Shown one piece after another: positions 28,007 through 42,980 of a DNA stretch of 64,000 bases. The position numbers and the translations under genes were made by a program. Every line of letters starts with the position of its first letter. Position 1 is the stretch's first letter. This stretch comes from Eledone cirrhosa (taxonomy: Eukaryota), in assembly GCA_964016885.1 (NCBI GenBank), contig OZ024750.1, positions 21,576,001-21,640,000 on the forward strand. The letters are read 5' to 3'. The notes under the pieces are model-generated. The model made no database searches. It saw only the letters and a list, made by a program, of their open reading frames with translations, and was not told the DNA's origin.

Positions 28007-28871
28007 TTAGTTAAGCAAAACAAGACCACAAATTTCACAAGGAAGACATTATTAAAAGATTGTCAACATATTTTAGTTTGATGTATGGAATGTAGAGGAT
28101 AATAATAATAATATTAATAATAATAATGTCCGTTTACAATTGTTTCGCTACTCCATATAATATTTCTGGATCAGCTGACTATATATCATAATTGATCTGG
28201 TTCAGTTGAAAATAATTAACATATTTAACAGACAGAGTGGCTCATCGGAACTTCAAAGGAATATAAATTAAAATAATGAGAGAATGTTACATAATATAAT
28301 GTTCCATATATTGGTTTTTACTATAGTGTATTGGTTGCATCAGTTGTCAGCCATAATCAAGCAGTATTCGTCTGTCGAGGCTGCATTGTGTGAGATCTGC
28401 ATATAATGCCAATCATTGTAAGTTTGAATCTAACTGACATGCAAAAACATATATATGTGAATAAAGTAAGTCAATCATAGTAGATCCAAATATCACAGAA
28501 AGAGAGAGAGAGGGGTAGAAATGAGGAGCGACAGAAATGAAACATGGATTACGGGTTAAAATATAGTCTAGATCATCATGTGAAACTGAGGCTCCCCCGA
28601 GGGCCACATGTGTCACATATATGTTGTCTGAGGACCACACACTACAACTAATTGCACACATTACAAATATTTTTTTTATTTTATTTTATATTACGAAGAT
28701 AATACATGTTCGAGTTGTAAAACCCTTTGTGTTTGTAAATGGCCGCATGTTTGACATGCCTGCTTTGGAAAACTCCACTCTGTTGCAAACGTTCTATCCA
28801 AGTCTCATTCAATATATAGCCAAGGTGGGGGCTTGGAATAGCTGGCATTTCCAGTTATTCCATATATAGCT

Positions 28872-29010
28872 GTGAAGGCACATTTCTTAGTGGTTAGAGC
28901 ATTGGGCTTGCAATCGAAAGGTTGTGAGTTCAATTCTCGGACCGGGTGATGTGTTGTGTCCAAGACACTTTATTTCACGTTGCTCCAGTTTACTCAGCTG
29001 TAGAAATGAG
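28872..29010 (+). mobile_element. Second tRNA-derived SINE family (Meta-domain-like)
   Basis: CTTAGTGGTTAGAGC A-box, GAGTTCAATTC B-box, then TGTGTCCAAGACACTTTATTTCACGTTGCTCCAGT; a reverse copy lies at about 59812-59890. Confidence 0.65.
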
Positions 29011-29714
29011 ATGATAGGACTGGGGTTCCTATCATTAAATTACCCAACAGACCTCCAACGAGATATACCTTGCAGGAGGCCAGTTAAACCTGCATAGGTG
29101 GGAGCTGTCACACACACACACATATATAGCTGGAATATATAGCTTGGGCCCATTTCCAGCTTGGATGGGGAGCTACATATTCTCTCTAGCATAGTGATTT
29201 GGGTGTTACGATGCTAAATTCATTGGTGCGGTCCATGAACCTGACAGCGCATTGCGCTCTTCAAAAGGATGGTTTATTTCACATTACTTTTCTGATAAGA
29301 CTGGGGTTCATATCATTAAAACACCCAAGAAAGCACATATATGATGCAACCTCGATGAAATTCAGTAGAACATGCTATACATTCTATTTCATAATAACTT
29401 TGAAGGTTCGAATTTGCATTTGGCCAAATCTCTTATCAATTTTCCATGAAGATGAAGTTGTATTTATATTACAGTACGGTCTTCCGTAGCATCGCTATCG
29501 TCATGCAACTTAAAAATCATTATCAAATACTTTGTTAGATCTCCTGTGTCGTTACACGTTTGTAGGCGATTTAGTGCAGTATAAGGTAGACCACCAGGGG
29601 CTATTCTTAATACGTCAGTGTAAAGTCTAATTAATGGCACATTGGTTGTTGGTTGTTCACCAGAGAATAACATAGTGACTTCAGACATATCACAATTAAT
29701 GATTGAAACGAGTA

Positions 29715-30510
<796 letters not shown>

Positions 30511-30638
30511 TGTGAGATAAAGAGAGAAAGTTGGAGTGATCACCTCACCGAATACCTCTTGTGCTGTTTAACACTCTTGGTTATTAAATATCACACTTAT
30601 TCGAATTACAATTGACTGCCTGGGTATATGTGCAACCA

Positions 30639-30676
30639 GTGATTGTGTGTTTCATAGTTTCTTTGTCTGCTCGTCT

Positions 30677-30765
<89 letters not shown>

Positions 30766-30810
30766 TATAGTCAGACGAGCAGACAAAGAAACTATGAAAC
30801 ACACAATCAC
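30639..30810. repeat. Perfect 46-bp inverted repeat around (TA)n(GA)n
   Basis: 30639-30684 is the exact reverse complement of 30765-30810. Confidence 0.95.
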
Positions 30811-30831
30811 CATTTTTATTTTTTGATACCC

Positions 30832-30882
30832 AGATTCCTGATGATTTCTAAAGAATGAAACAGTTCTAGTCCTGTAGAATCT
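30832..30882 (+). ncRNA. Type I hammerhead ribozyme motif (near-complete)
   Basis: Stem I AGATTC/GAATCT; core CTGATGA; stem II T-TTC-taaa-GAA-T; GAAA; stem III A-CAG/CTG-T with an 8-nt loop; GUA cleavage triplet (cut after 30876). The one deviation is U.U at 10.1/11.1. Confidence 0.7.
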
Positions 30883-30894
30883 CTTCTATATTAA

Positions 30895-30940
<46 letters not shown>

Positions 30941-31036
30941 GATTACTATTATATATATATATATATAATAGTAATCTTTCAGAACATTCCATTAAGGGTT
31001 AAAGCAGCGATTCTTTGCTTAAACTTTAATCTGTTA

Positions 31037-31112
<76 letters not shown>

Positions 31113-31178
31113 TATATATATATACGTATATATATATATATATACGTATATATATATATGCGTATATATATATGCATA

Positions 31179-31248
<70 letters not shown>

Positions 31249-31367
31249 TACGTATATATATATGCATACGTATATATATATATGCATAAATATATATATA
31301 TATATGCATACATATATATATATATACATATATATATATATGTATACATATATACATATATGCATAC

Positions 31368-31401
<34 letters not shown>

Positions 31402-31581
31402 GCATACATATATATATGCATACATATATATATATACATACATATATATGTGTATACATATATATATACATATATATATACACATATATATATACATATA
31501 TATATATGTATACATATATATATACATATATATATACACGATTTCAGATAAAGAATCTTGCTAAACAAATTCAGAAACGAA

Positions 31582-31612
<31 letters not shown>

Positions 31613-31761
31613 CATATATACATAGATATACATATATATACATACATAGATATACATATATATACATAGATATACATATATATACATATATATATACATA
31701 TATATACATAGATATACATATACATACATAGATATACATATATATACATACATATATATAC

Positions 31762-31798
<37 letters not shown>

Positions 31799-31831
31799 CA
31801 TATATATACATACATATATATATACATATAT

Positions 31832-31899
<68 letters not shown>

Positions 31900-31909
31900 T
31901 ATTGTTTGT

Positions 31910-32081
31910 GGCATAGAGTTATGGCCCTTTATGTTCTGATTTCATATCTCTCCGTGCTTAGTTTTGCCTTTCATCCTTACAGGGTCGATAAAATAAAGCA
32001 CCAGTAATGCACTGGGGTCGGTTTAATCGACTTTTCCCTCCCCCCAAATTACTGGCCTTGTGCCTAAAGTAGAAACGATTA
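31910..32081 (+). mobile_element. SINE long form, 5'-truncated
   Basis: Nin core plus GGGGTCGGTTTAATCGACTTTTCCCTCCCCC segment. Confidence 0.8.
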
Positions 32082-33428
32082 TATGGTATCTTACGCAAGT
32101 TTCAGTTCGTTTTTTATTGAAGTATATGACATGCGCAGTAAATATAATTTATGGGGCGATCTTTGCCACTGTCATTTCGAATCTTTACATTTCAAACTTC
32201 CGGAGTTGATAATGTTAAAATAATTGCCCATGACACTGTGTTCGGCGGAATTGTTAAACCCTCTGACAAGATGCCGTGTGATATTTGTCCCAGGTCTGTG
32301 CATTCTGAGTTAAAATCAGACAAGTTCATAATTTGGTAGTAGACCTAATCTGTCCCTCAGTTTAACACAATCACATTGACACCCCCACTCCACCCCCGGC
32401 CGACATATTTGCTATTTAAAGTCATTGTCCCTATCAATCATTTAAAAGCTATACTTGTCATTGCTAACATAACTATACTTTCAATGTTAGCTTAAATTAG
32501 ATAGTATTGTAAATACTCGTTCATGTCTTATGGTTTGAAGATACCGATCACCCTCTCTCCTAACAGTCTCGGGGTCAATTAAGAATGTCTTGAACACTGT
32601 TCTGCTCTCTCTGATTACAAAGAAAATAATTTAACTGTAATTGTTCCCGCTAAAACTGTGTTTGTCCCAGCGGTTTCAATTACAGGCTCAATCATACGCA
32701 ATATGGAATCGTTTTTAAGCAATTTTTTACGGCTAGATATTCTTTCTGGCGTCGGCCATTTCAGTCACCATTTATAGAATACAAGAATAATATAGCTATT
32801 CTAATCCGAATACCAGCAGTCAGTTCCGTCTATAAGCTTTCAATATCTCGATCAACTGAATCTCTAAATCATAAATGAGTGTTTGTAAGACGTTCAGTAT
32901 TTCACAGACGCAAAGAATTAGCGAGACACGCTTACAAAACTATCCGTTTTACGTATTTTCAGGTAGTTTCCGTCTCTTCTCTTTCACTTACTCAAAGTTG
33001 TGATCAATTCAATAGAAATGTCTGACCGTTTCCAGATCTTATAAGATGTCTTCATTTGCTTCTTCGTCTTTCTTCATAAATTCTCACATTTATAGTCTCA
33101 CAATTTACGTCTTTATGTCCGTCATATTATTTTGTTAAATATCATCAACGTATCACTTCAATATCGTCTAATAATAATAATAATAGTAAAAGCATATATA
33201 TAGCAATAGATAAATTATTAATATTACTATATTTTCTCTGGTATAAAACATTTCGGAAATTGGTTTTGCTTGTAAAAAATAAAAAATAGAAAAACAACTG
33301 AGGAAAATATAGCAAATATATTAGAAAATGTGACAGTGGAGCTAATAATTGCATTTCTAAATAAAAAAAATTTGTAAACACACGCATATATATATACATA
33401 TATAATATATATATATATATATATATAC

Positions 33429-33542
<114 letters not shown>

Positions 33543-35384
33543 CTAAATATATATATATACATATAACTAAATATAAATATACATATATATAGACAGCTGG
33601 GAAAAGAGTGATCGATAGACATACACATAGTTATTCATTTGACACCTATCTTTGTACAACCAAACGTGTGTAATACTTGTATGTATGTCTGTGTGTGTGT
33701 GTGTATATACGTATGTGTGTGTGTGTGTATGGATGAATCGGGGAATATGTAGACATTCAAGTAATTATCTACATTGAAATATAAAGAAATAAATGTATTT
33801 TTTATTATTAGTAGTATATCGTCCTCGGAATTCACTATCACCATTCTCCTTGGTGGTCACTTCATCTTCATCTATATATTTCACCGCACTACTATTTCTA
33901 TTAATTACTCAAGAGTATTTAAAGACTTTTGTTATTGATACGAATATTTTTCTTCACAGCTTTCCCATAAGAAATTACTATAATTAATTCAGTTTTAATG
34001 CAATCATTAACGTTGCAATAAGACGAAACTCCATAATACTTTTCTATTCCTCTATCATTTAATTTCATATCATATTATATATTAGTTATTTGTAATGATA
34101 TCTTATACATTTCTCTGCTACACAGAACAGAATTTATCTTTTATTCATCTTCTTGTTTGTAAGGATTTCCACGCTTTCTTTCCTTCTTTAATACTATTTC
34201 TATAGATGGAAAGATTTTTTTCCTTTGGATGGCCGAAATTAAGCATAATCTGTGTTCGCTTTTTACTGATATTAATGCTTCTAGTCATATTTATAACACT
34301 CTGCGATGTCTATGCTGGTTTTCAAATTTTCTTGAAGCATCTATCAAGAGAGGTGTGGAATATAAGAGTTATAGTTATGACATCCTAAGGAAATTTCTCT
34401 TCCTTTTCATTATAACTTTTCACTTATAGATCAAAACGAAAGAAAAAAGAAAGAATAAAAAAGGTTACCTCAGTCAATCAATTATTTTTATACATTTTCT
34501 CTGAACGGAAATCTTTGATCCTAGTTTAATCTATACCCAGGTCCACCATATAAAGGCTGCCTATATTCTATTACGTTTCATATCACAGAAAAGATTGAAT
34601 ATTTTATATAAAATTGTGTTCAGCTTACCGGAACGAAAGCCATTTGAAAACCCTATCAGGACGTTTTTGAAAAGAACACCACTTACTTTCTACATTTTTG
34701 ATGTTTCAAGCACTCCGGACGGCTTATAATTAAGGAAGAATTCTCCGGCACTTGACATACACTATATACTTTACAATCTTCCCATCCTTATTGAATAAGT
34801 TCTTAATCTATATTCCTTCTTGTAAAAGAACTAATATAAGGAAGAAATATTCAACAAAACAACTGATCTTTATCTAAACTGATTAAAGGTAAAAACGGAT
34901 GACACGGAGAGAATACCGTATCTAGAATTAGAAGCATAAGAAAATCTTAAAATTCTTTCCTACCAATTTTTTTAGTTATTTTCCTTCCTTTGTCTGAATA
35001 GCTTTGATAGAAGAAATAACGGACAGATTGGCTCGCTTCCTTTATATATCTGACAGCTGAAAATAGATTGATCTTGGCGGATACGAAGTTTTGTTTAAAA
35101 TAATATCGTCAACGTGTAGGTTGTATGAGGCCCTGCTAATCTTAGGTTAGAGGCTAAACATGATTCAATGGAAGTAGATAAAAACAGAAAAGAGACCTTG
35201 TCTGTCTCCTTATGAAATTTAATATAGTTAAAGTTATATTTGAACAATTGAGAATATTTTTATTGTTGTTTCTTCATTTTCATCTCTTTCCCAAAGAAAT
35301 TTGGTTGGCATAGTGTTGCGGGTACAAAAGCCGAATAGATTTGTTATATTGTCGATCACATTTACTCTTTTGATTTCACTGATC

Positions 35385-35444
<60 letters not shown>

Positions 35445-35618
35445 GCGTTGATTGATAGATGGAGAGATATCACCATTGGACTTACAACCGATGTGGAGAC
35501 TCTATAGGATCAATCAAGATGTTAAGAAGGAAGAGCAGCCAATTTTCCTTCAAATTCGACATTGCTCTCTATCTTACAACATTAATAAATTATTTATTGT
35601 CACCTTACTAGCCATTGC

Positions 35619-35703
<85 letters not shown>

Positions 35704-36639
35704 TCTACTCAAATATATCTAAATTCATTCAAAGAGATTCTAGTTCCTTTGTGTGTGTGACTTATGTTTGGTTTATTCATATTTTTTTTCAATTTGCAAT
35801 CAATCTACCCTGCCTTGTCTCGGGTTACTTTAACTAATATATTAGTGGTTTAATTCTCCTCTCTTTAAGATTACTTTAAGGCATTTTCTCTAAACTCAAT
35901 TACAAATCAATTCCTTCTTGGTGTGTAGGTGACAGATTTTCTCCTAGTTATGTCATGTGCAGCATATAATTTGAGGTTATTCATACACAGGGCACAGCTG
36001 ATTACCATATTGTAGTAATGTACACGTATCTACTCTGGTTTAGTGTTCTGGTAAGATATATCAGCATCAAATACACAGTGAATAATCCCTTCCTACTGCT
36101 GGTATACGTTTTCTCAGCTTGGTTCCTGGGTCATAAGACCTACATCAAACGTAACGTAGAACCTGGCCATACAATAACTTGTGAAATATCAAATATTTTA
36201 ATGCCCGATGAATCATTGCAAATAAATACTTACACCTGGTTGATACACGCCTGCCTTATGTGTGTCTGTCTCTGTGTGTGTGTGTATGTGTGTGTGTGTC
36301 TGTCTGTCTGCCTGTCTGTCTGCATGTATGTGTGAGTGTCTGTATGTATGTATGTATGTGTATTTGTGTCTTTCTCTCTCTTTGTATATATGCAAATGTA
36401 CACACATACAAACACATACACACATACATGATTTGTTGATCGTATTCAGATCTTAGGTGCGGTATCTCATTTATTTCTTTGCATTTGCAACTCTCTTATC
36501 GTCCGAATATTTATTATATGTAGTATTGTTGTTGTTAAGACATTGTATTATGTATTAAGCCAGATGATATGCTTCTAGCTTTTGTGTCGAACCATTATTA
36601 TTGGCTTTACACTCAGAGTTCCAATGTGGTATAACTTTT

Positions 36640-37060
36640 TATCTGTTTTAGTAAATCACCGAATATTTCTGCAACCAATTTTTGCACAACTGTTAAATAT
36701 TTCAGCCCGGAGTTTAAAACATTATCGTTTCTTGTCGTTTACAAACTGTTCATGCCCTGAAGTTGCTGTATTGCTTCATGGCTTGATTTTATTTTTTTCT
36801 TCTCGAAAATGTTCAGGTGCTGTTGTTTTGTACAACGTCGCCTGTGGGAATCGTTCTGATGTCCTTAATTCTTCCAAAAAATTCTTCTACATCTCTTGCT
36901 GTTGGCACTACATTGATTTTTCTTCTTTCTTTTTTACTGTTTTTCGGTGGAATCTTCTTTTGTTATTGAACTGTGCTTTGTTGAAAGAACCATCCCTAAA
37001 AAAATAATGGATTATTTGCGTTGTAGATAGAATCTTATGTTTTAAAAGCCTTTTTTCATG
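36640..37060 (-). mobile_element. Degraded R4/Dong-like non-LTR retrotransposon fragment
   Basis: Frameshifted minus-strand peptide SFNKAQFNNKRRFHRKTVKKKEEK/INVVPTARDVEEFFGRI resembles the N-x-x-F-x4-K-R-F-Y-R...P-x3-E-V-E-x-F-W region before the reverse transcriptase (RT) of R4-clade elements. Confidence 0.45.
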
Positions 37061-39127
37061 ACATATCTTAACTAAACTCTCAGAATTGGCAGACAAATTA
37101 AAGCGTTGCATTAAATGCGTCACTGTGTCGTTTCGTATCTCATTGCTCTGAGTTTAAATCCCACCGAAGTCAACTTAGTTTTTTTTCCTTTTCAGTCCAT
37201 AGACGGTAGAATAGCGAGAATTGTAACATTGTAAGGCGGGATGGCTTGCATTATCTGTTTGCTCACTTTAAAAGCCATGACCCTTCTGCTAAGATTTGAG
37301 ATAGCCAGATAGTATCAACAATGAAAAGACTAATTGAAGCATAGATTCGTTGGTTGGTCCTTTACGTTTGCCAAGAATTGCAGCAAGTAGATATCAACAA
37401 TGAAAACATCGGTTACTTGATCCTATCTTAAGACCGGTTCCTATTTTCTTTGCATAATGTCTTTATTATATTCATTTCTAAGTCCTTTCATCAATGATTT
37501 CAGTGAGAAATAATTTGTTTTTTATGTTTCTATTTATATTAGTTTTTCTACGTTGTTGATTAGTTTATATGTGCTTATATAAGACATTTTGGCAAGAATA
37601 CTCACATTCCATTGTGACTTAAGTAGCGGCTGCCCAGATTATTTTATTTATTACCCTATCTCGTTGTGAATTCAAATTCCATCGGGACTGAATTTGTTGT
37701 TCATCCTTCTCGGATCGATAAAATACTATATCAATACATTATTGAGGCAATATAATCAACATTCCCTTCTTAAAATAACAGGTTTTGAACCAAAATTAAA
37801 AGCTATAATTAGTATTAGTGATGGTAGTGTTGTTATGCACTCAACCAAAGATGTGTTTCGGAACAGATTACACATCCCAATTCTGTACATTACAGTTATT
37901 TATTTCATCAAACTCAAAGTGGATGACATGCAAGATCTAATTTTTACTGTTTCCTATGCCGTAATCTTGACCTGTTGCAGCATTGCTCACTTCTTCTATT
38001 AATGTCACCACGATTGTTAAGATATTTGGCATTCATATGGTTAGAGATTTTCAATAGTTGAATTGATGGTGTATCGAAAACCCAGCCGATAGCTTAGTGA
38101 TTCGTTTCCACTGACCAGTAATGCATACTGTTTGTTGGAAAGTTCCTTAAATCTTACAAATATGATCTACAAAATAGGAGAGATCTGCTGCTATATTGGC
38201 AAAAACTTTAATAGTTCCCGTTATGTTGTATCCACAGTTTTTGTAGGTCTGATGAATAGGCGATTCGGTCTCAGAACTTCCGACATTCATCTATCTCTGC
38301 CTACATTGTCACTGGATTTGTATCGTCGTTCCGATATTTGGAAATGAAAACGTTTAGAGAACAAATTAAGTGTTCAAATGTGAATAAAATGTTGGGTTAC
38401 TGTTGGAAGTCACTTCCAGGTAGATGGTAAGCTTCAGATAAGTGCTTAATTTGTTTAGAAGAGAAAACATCTGAGATACTGCCCTTAAGATCTGAATACG
38501 ATTAACAAAATATTTAAATGGATTAAGATCACATCCATCACAGAAGCAAGACGGATGAGAGTTCCATGAGGCAGTTGTAGAAAGCCTGACTATTGAAGTA
38601 TTCATATAATAGAGCTGAAGAAGCAATGCTTCTTCATCTCTATTATATAAATGGCTTTGCATTTTAACTGCCAAAAGAAGGACCAACCAATTCAGAAAGG
38701 AAGACGTTCGAAGAAAGAACCCAGAATAGTAGAAACTCTTCTTACAAAAGAAAATATCCATGATGAAAAGATGAAAAGTAGTAGAAAAATTATTACGAAT
38801 ACGTGAGGAAAACTTTAGAGAAATTCTTAAGTATTGAATCCGGAACTATATTCTGCCAAAGGAACCTGGTACTGTCATGGATACCGACTGACAATATCTA
38901 TTTGTTCCTTTCTATGGAGACTAGAAAATTGCTGAGTGGTTCAAAATTAATCACTATTCTTTCTAATCACCATTGACAGACCTGGGAACTATATTTGCAG
39001 TGTTTTTTGTAGTTTATTTTTCTATTAGATTGCGAGTACTCTTTGTAATATTTATGCAGTGCCTAATACTGTATAACTGTGCTCGGTAATGCAGTGACAA
39101 CACAGAATAGAAATAAGATTAATAACA

Positions 39128-39888
39128 ATAATTGTTTGTACTTTTGGCACAAGGTCAGCAATTATCCCAGTATATTACTGGTACTTTATTTTATTTTATC
39201 GAGTCTGTATGGAATGGATGAAAGACAAGACTAACCTCGGCGCAATTTGGTAGAAATAATTGTTTCTACTTTTGGCACAAGGCCAGCAATTATTCCAGTG
39301 TATTACTGGTACTTTATTTTATCGACCCCGTAAGGATGAAAGGCAAAGTTAACCTCGGCGGGATTTGAACTCAGTCCGTAAAGGGACGTAACTGGGCTGC
39401 AAAGCATGGCGCCCGACCCTCTACCGATACTGCCAATTCACCGCAATTTGGTAGAAATAATAATAGTAATAATTGTTTCTACTTTTGGCACAAGGCCAGC
39501 AATGACTCAGTACATTACTGGTACTTTATTTTAACGACTCCGTAAGGATGAAAGGCAAAATTGACCTCAGCGGGATTTGAACTCAGATCATAAAGGGACG
39601 TAACTCTATGCTTCAAAGCATGGTGTCCGGCTCTCTACCGATACTGCCAATCCACCGCCCTGGTAATAATTGTTTCTTATATAGGCACAAGGCCAGCAAT
39701 TTTGAGGGGAGGGGAAAGTCGATTAAATCGACCCCAGTGCGTGACTGGTATTTTATTTTATCAACCCCGTAAGGATGAAAGGCAAAGTTCCCCTCGGCGG
39801 GATTTGAACTCAGACCGTAAAGTACCGTGACTCTATGCTGAAAAGCATGGTGTCCGGCTCTCTACCAATACTGCCAATCCACCGCCCT
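39128..39888 (-). mobile_element. Array of four SINEs
   Basis: Copies start at about 39128, 39258, 39470 and 39665; the second is flanked by CGCAATTTGGTAGAAATAAT (39241-39260, 39442-39461). Confidence 0.9.
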
Positions 39889-40174
39889 GGTTTATAATCG
39901 CATTCAATAAATTCCATTTCTATTCGACTGACAGATTATAGCTAGCAAACGAACAACATAGCTGCAGAATTGTGGTAGTTAAAAGAAAATAGGAGTATAA
40001 ATACAAGCCCATTCGTCAGTTCACTAGTAGTAACCACATTAATCACCATAAACTAGTTATAAACAATCAGTAAAGCATACGAACGCATGCTACGTTAAAA
40101 AGGTGTAGATTACTAACAATCTATGTCCATTGTGTTAAAACCATTGGTGCCATTAAAAAAAAATCGATGAACAC

Positions 40175-41275
40175 CGTGTATATATGTGTGTGTATATATA
40201 TGTGTGGCTGTTTCTATATATGTATGTGTGGCTGTTTTTATATATGTATGTGTGTGACTGTTTCTACATATATATATATGTGTCTCTTTCTATATATGTG
40301 TGTGACTCTTCCTATATGTGTGTGTGGCTGTTTCTATATATATGTGTGCGACTCTTTCTATATAAGTGTGTGGCTGTTTCTATATATATGTGTGTAACTC
40401 TTTCTATATATATGTGTGTGACTCTTTCTATATATATGTGTGACTCTTCCTATATGTGTGTGTTGCTGTTTCTATATATATGTGTGTGACTCTTTCTATA
40501 TATGTGTGTGGCTGTTTCTATATATATGTGTGTGACTCTTTCTATATATGTGTGTGGCTGTTTCTATATATATGCGTGTGACTCTTTCTATATATGCGTG
40601 TGGCTGTTTCTATATATGTGTGTGTGACTCTTTCTATATATATATGTGTGTGGCTGTTTCTATATAAGTGTGTGGCTGTTTCTATATATATGTGTGTGAC
40701 TCTTTCTATATATATGTGTGTGGCTGTTTCTATATATATGTGTGTGACTCTTTCTATATATGTGTGTGGCTGTTTCTATATATGTGTGTGTGACTCTTTC
40801 TATATATATATGTGTGTGGCTGTTTCTATATAAGTGTGTGGCTGTTTCTATATATATGTGTGTGACTCTTTCTATATATGTGTGTGACTCTTTCTATATA
40901 TATGTGTGTGACTCTTTCTATATATGTGTGTGGCTGTTTCTATATATGTGTGTGTGACTCTTTCTATATATGTGTGTGACTCTTTCTATATATATGTGTG
41001 TGACTCTTTCTATATATGTGTGTGGCTGTTTCTATATATATGTGTGTGACTCTTTCTATATATGTGTGTGGCTGTTTCTATATATGTGTGACTGTTTTTA
41101 TATATGTATGTGTGTGACTGTTTTTATATATGTGTTTGACTGTTTATATATATATATATATATATGTGTGTGACTCTTTCTATATATATATATGTGTGTG
41201 GCTGTTTCTATATATGTGTGTGGCTCTTTCTATATATGTGTGTGACTGTTTTCATATATGTGTGTGTGTGTGTTC
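40175..41275. repeat. Minisatellite, ~22-26-bp unit TGTGTG(GCTG/ACTC)TTTCTATATATA
   Basis: Direct inspection. Confidence 0.95.
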
Positions 41276-41389
41276 AAGTGCGTAGGTGTATATCTACCGG
41301 GGTGTATGTTTGTGTCTGTGTGTATGTTAGAATCCCTGTATGTCGGTATATGACTGTATATGTAGTATATGCCAGTATGTGCAGCTGTT

Positions 41390-42980
41390 TTTCTGCGTAT
41401 GTGCGCTACTGTGCGTATGAGTGTATGTATGTGTGTACTGTGCGTATGAGTGTATGTATGTGTGTACTGTACGTATGAGTGTATGTATGTGTGTACTGTA
41501 CTGTGCGTATGAGTGTATGTATGTGCGCTACTGTGCGTATGAGTGTATGTATGTGTGTACTGTACTGTGCGTATGAGTGTATGTATGTGTGTACTGTACT
41601 GTACGTATGAGTGTATGTATGTGTGTACTGTACTGTGCGTATGAGTGTATGTATGTGCGCTACTGTGCGTATGAGTATATGTATGTGTGTACTGTGCGTA
41701 TGAGTGTATGTATGTGTGTACTGTACGTATGAGTGTATGTATGTGTGTACTGTACTGTGCGTATGAGTGTATGTATGTGCGCTACTGTGCGTATGAGTGT
41801 ATGTATGTGTGTACTGTGCGTATGAGTGTACGTATGTGTGTACTGTGCGTATGAGTGTATGTATGTGTGTACTGTACGTATGAGTGTATGTATGTGTGTA
41901 CTGTGTGTATGTATGTATGTATGTATGTGTGTACTGTGCGTATGAGTGTATGTATGTGTGTACTGTGTGTATGTATGTATGTATGTGTGTACTGTGCGTA
42001 TGAGTGTATGTATGTGTGTACTGTACGTATGAGTGTATGTATGTGTGTACTGTGTGTATGTATGTATGTATGTGTGTACTGTACGTATGAGTGTATGTAT
42101 GTGTGTACTGTGCGTATGAGTGTATGTATGTGTGTACTGTGCGTATGAGTGTATGTATGTGTGTACTGTGCGTATGAGTGTATGTATGTGTGTACCTTGC
42201 GTATGAGTGTATGTATGTGTGTACTGAGCGTATGAGCGTATGTATGTGTGTACTGTGCGTGTGAGTGTATGTATGTGTGTACTGAGCGTATGAGCGTATG
42301 TATGTGTGTACTGTGCGTATGAGTGTATGTATGTGTGTACTGTACGCATGAGTGTATGTATTTGTGTTCTGTGTGTATGTATGTATGTATGTATGTGTGT
42401 ACTGTGCGTGTGAGTGTATGTATGTGTGTACAGCACATATGAGTGTATGTATGTGTGTACTGTACGTATGTGTGTATGTATGTGTGTACCTTGCGTATGA
42501 GTGTATGTATGTGTGTACTGTGCGTATGAGTGTATGTATGCGTGTACTGTGCGTATGAGTGTATGTATGTGTGTACTGTGCGTATGAGTGTATGTATGTG
42601 TGTACTGTACTGTGCGTATGAGTGTATGTATGTGTGTACTGTACTGTGCGTATGTATGTATGTATGTGTATACTGTGTGTATGTATGTATGTGTGTACTG
42701 TGTGTATGTATGTATGTATGTGTGTACTGTGTGTATGTATGTATATGTATACTGTGTGTATGTATGTATGTATGTGTGTACTGTGCGTATGAGTGTATGT
42801 ATGTGTGTACTGTGTGTATGTATGTATGTATGTATGTATGTGTGTACTGTGCGTATGAGTGTATGTATGTGTGTACTGTACGTATGAGTGTATGTATGTG
42901 TGTACTGTGCGTATGAGTGTATGTATGTGTGTACTGTGTGTATGTATGTATGTATGTATGTATGTGTGTACTGTACGTAC
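41390..42980. repeat. Minisatellite, 29-bp unit ACTGTGCGTATGAGTGTATGTATGTGTGT (34-bp variants)
   Basis: Direct inspection; period 29 (for example 41437 to 41466). Confidence 0.95.

Noticed and set aside
28872-28945. Possible tRNA gene
   Set aside because: No clean acceptor stem, and it continues into a SINE body.
34206-34429. Open frame after a pyrimidine-rich tatag acceptor
   Set aside because: Would replace the conserved Gly with Asp; no receptor similarity and no convincing donor.
40175-42980. Regular repeats resembling a CRISPR array
   Set aside because: No unique spacers and a eukaryotic context; these are minisatellites.
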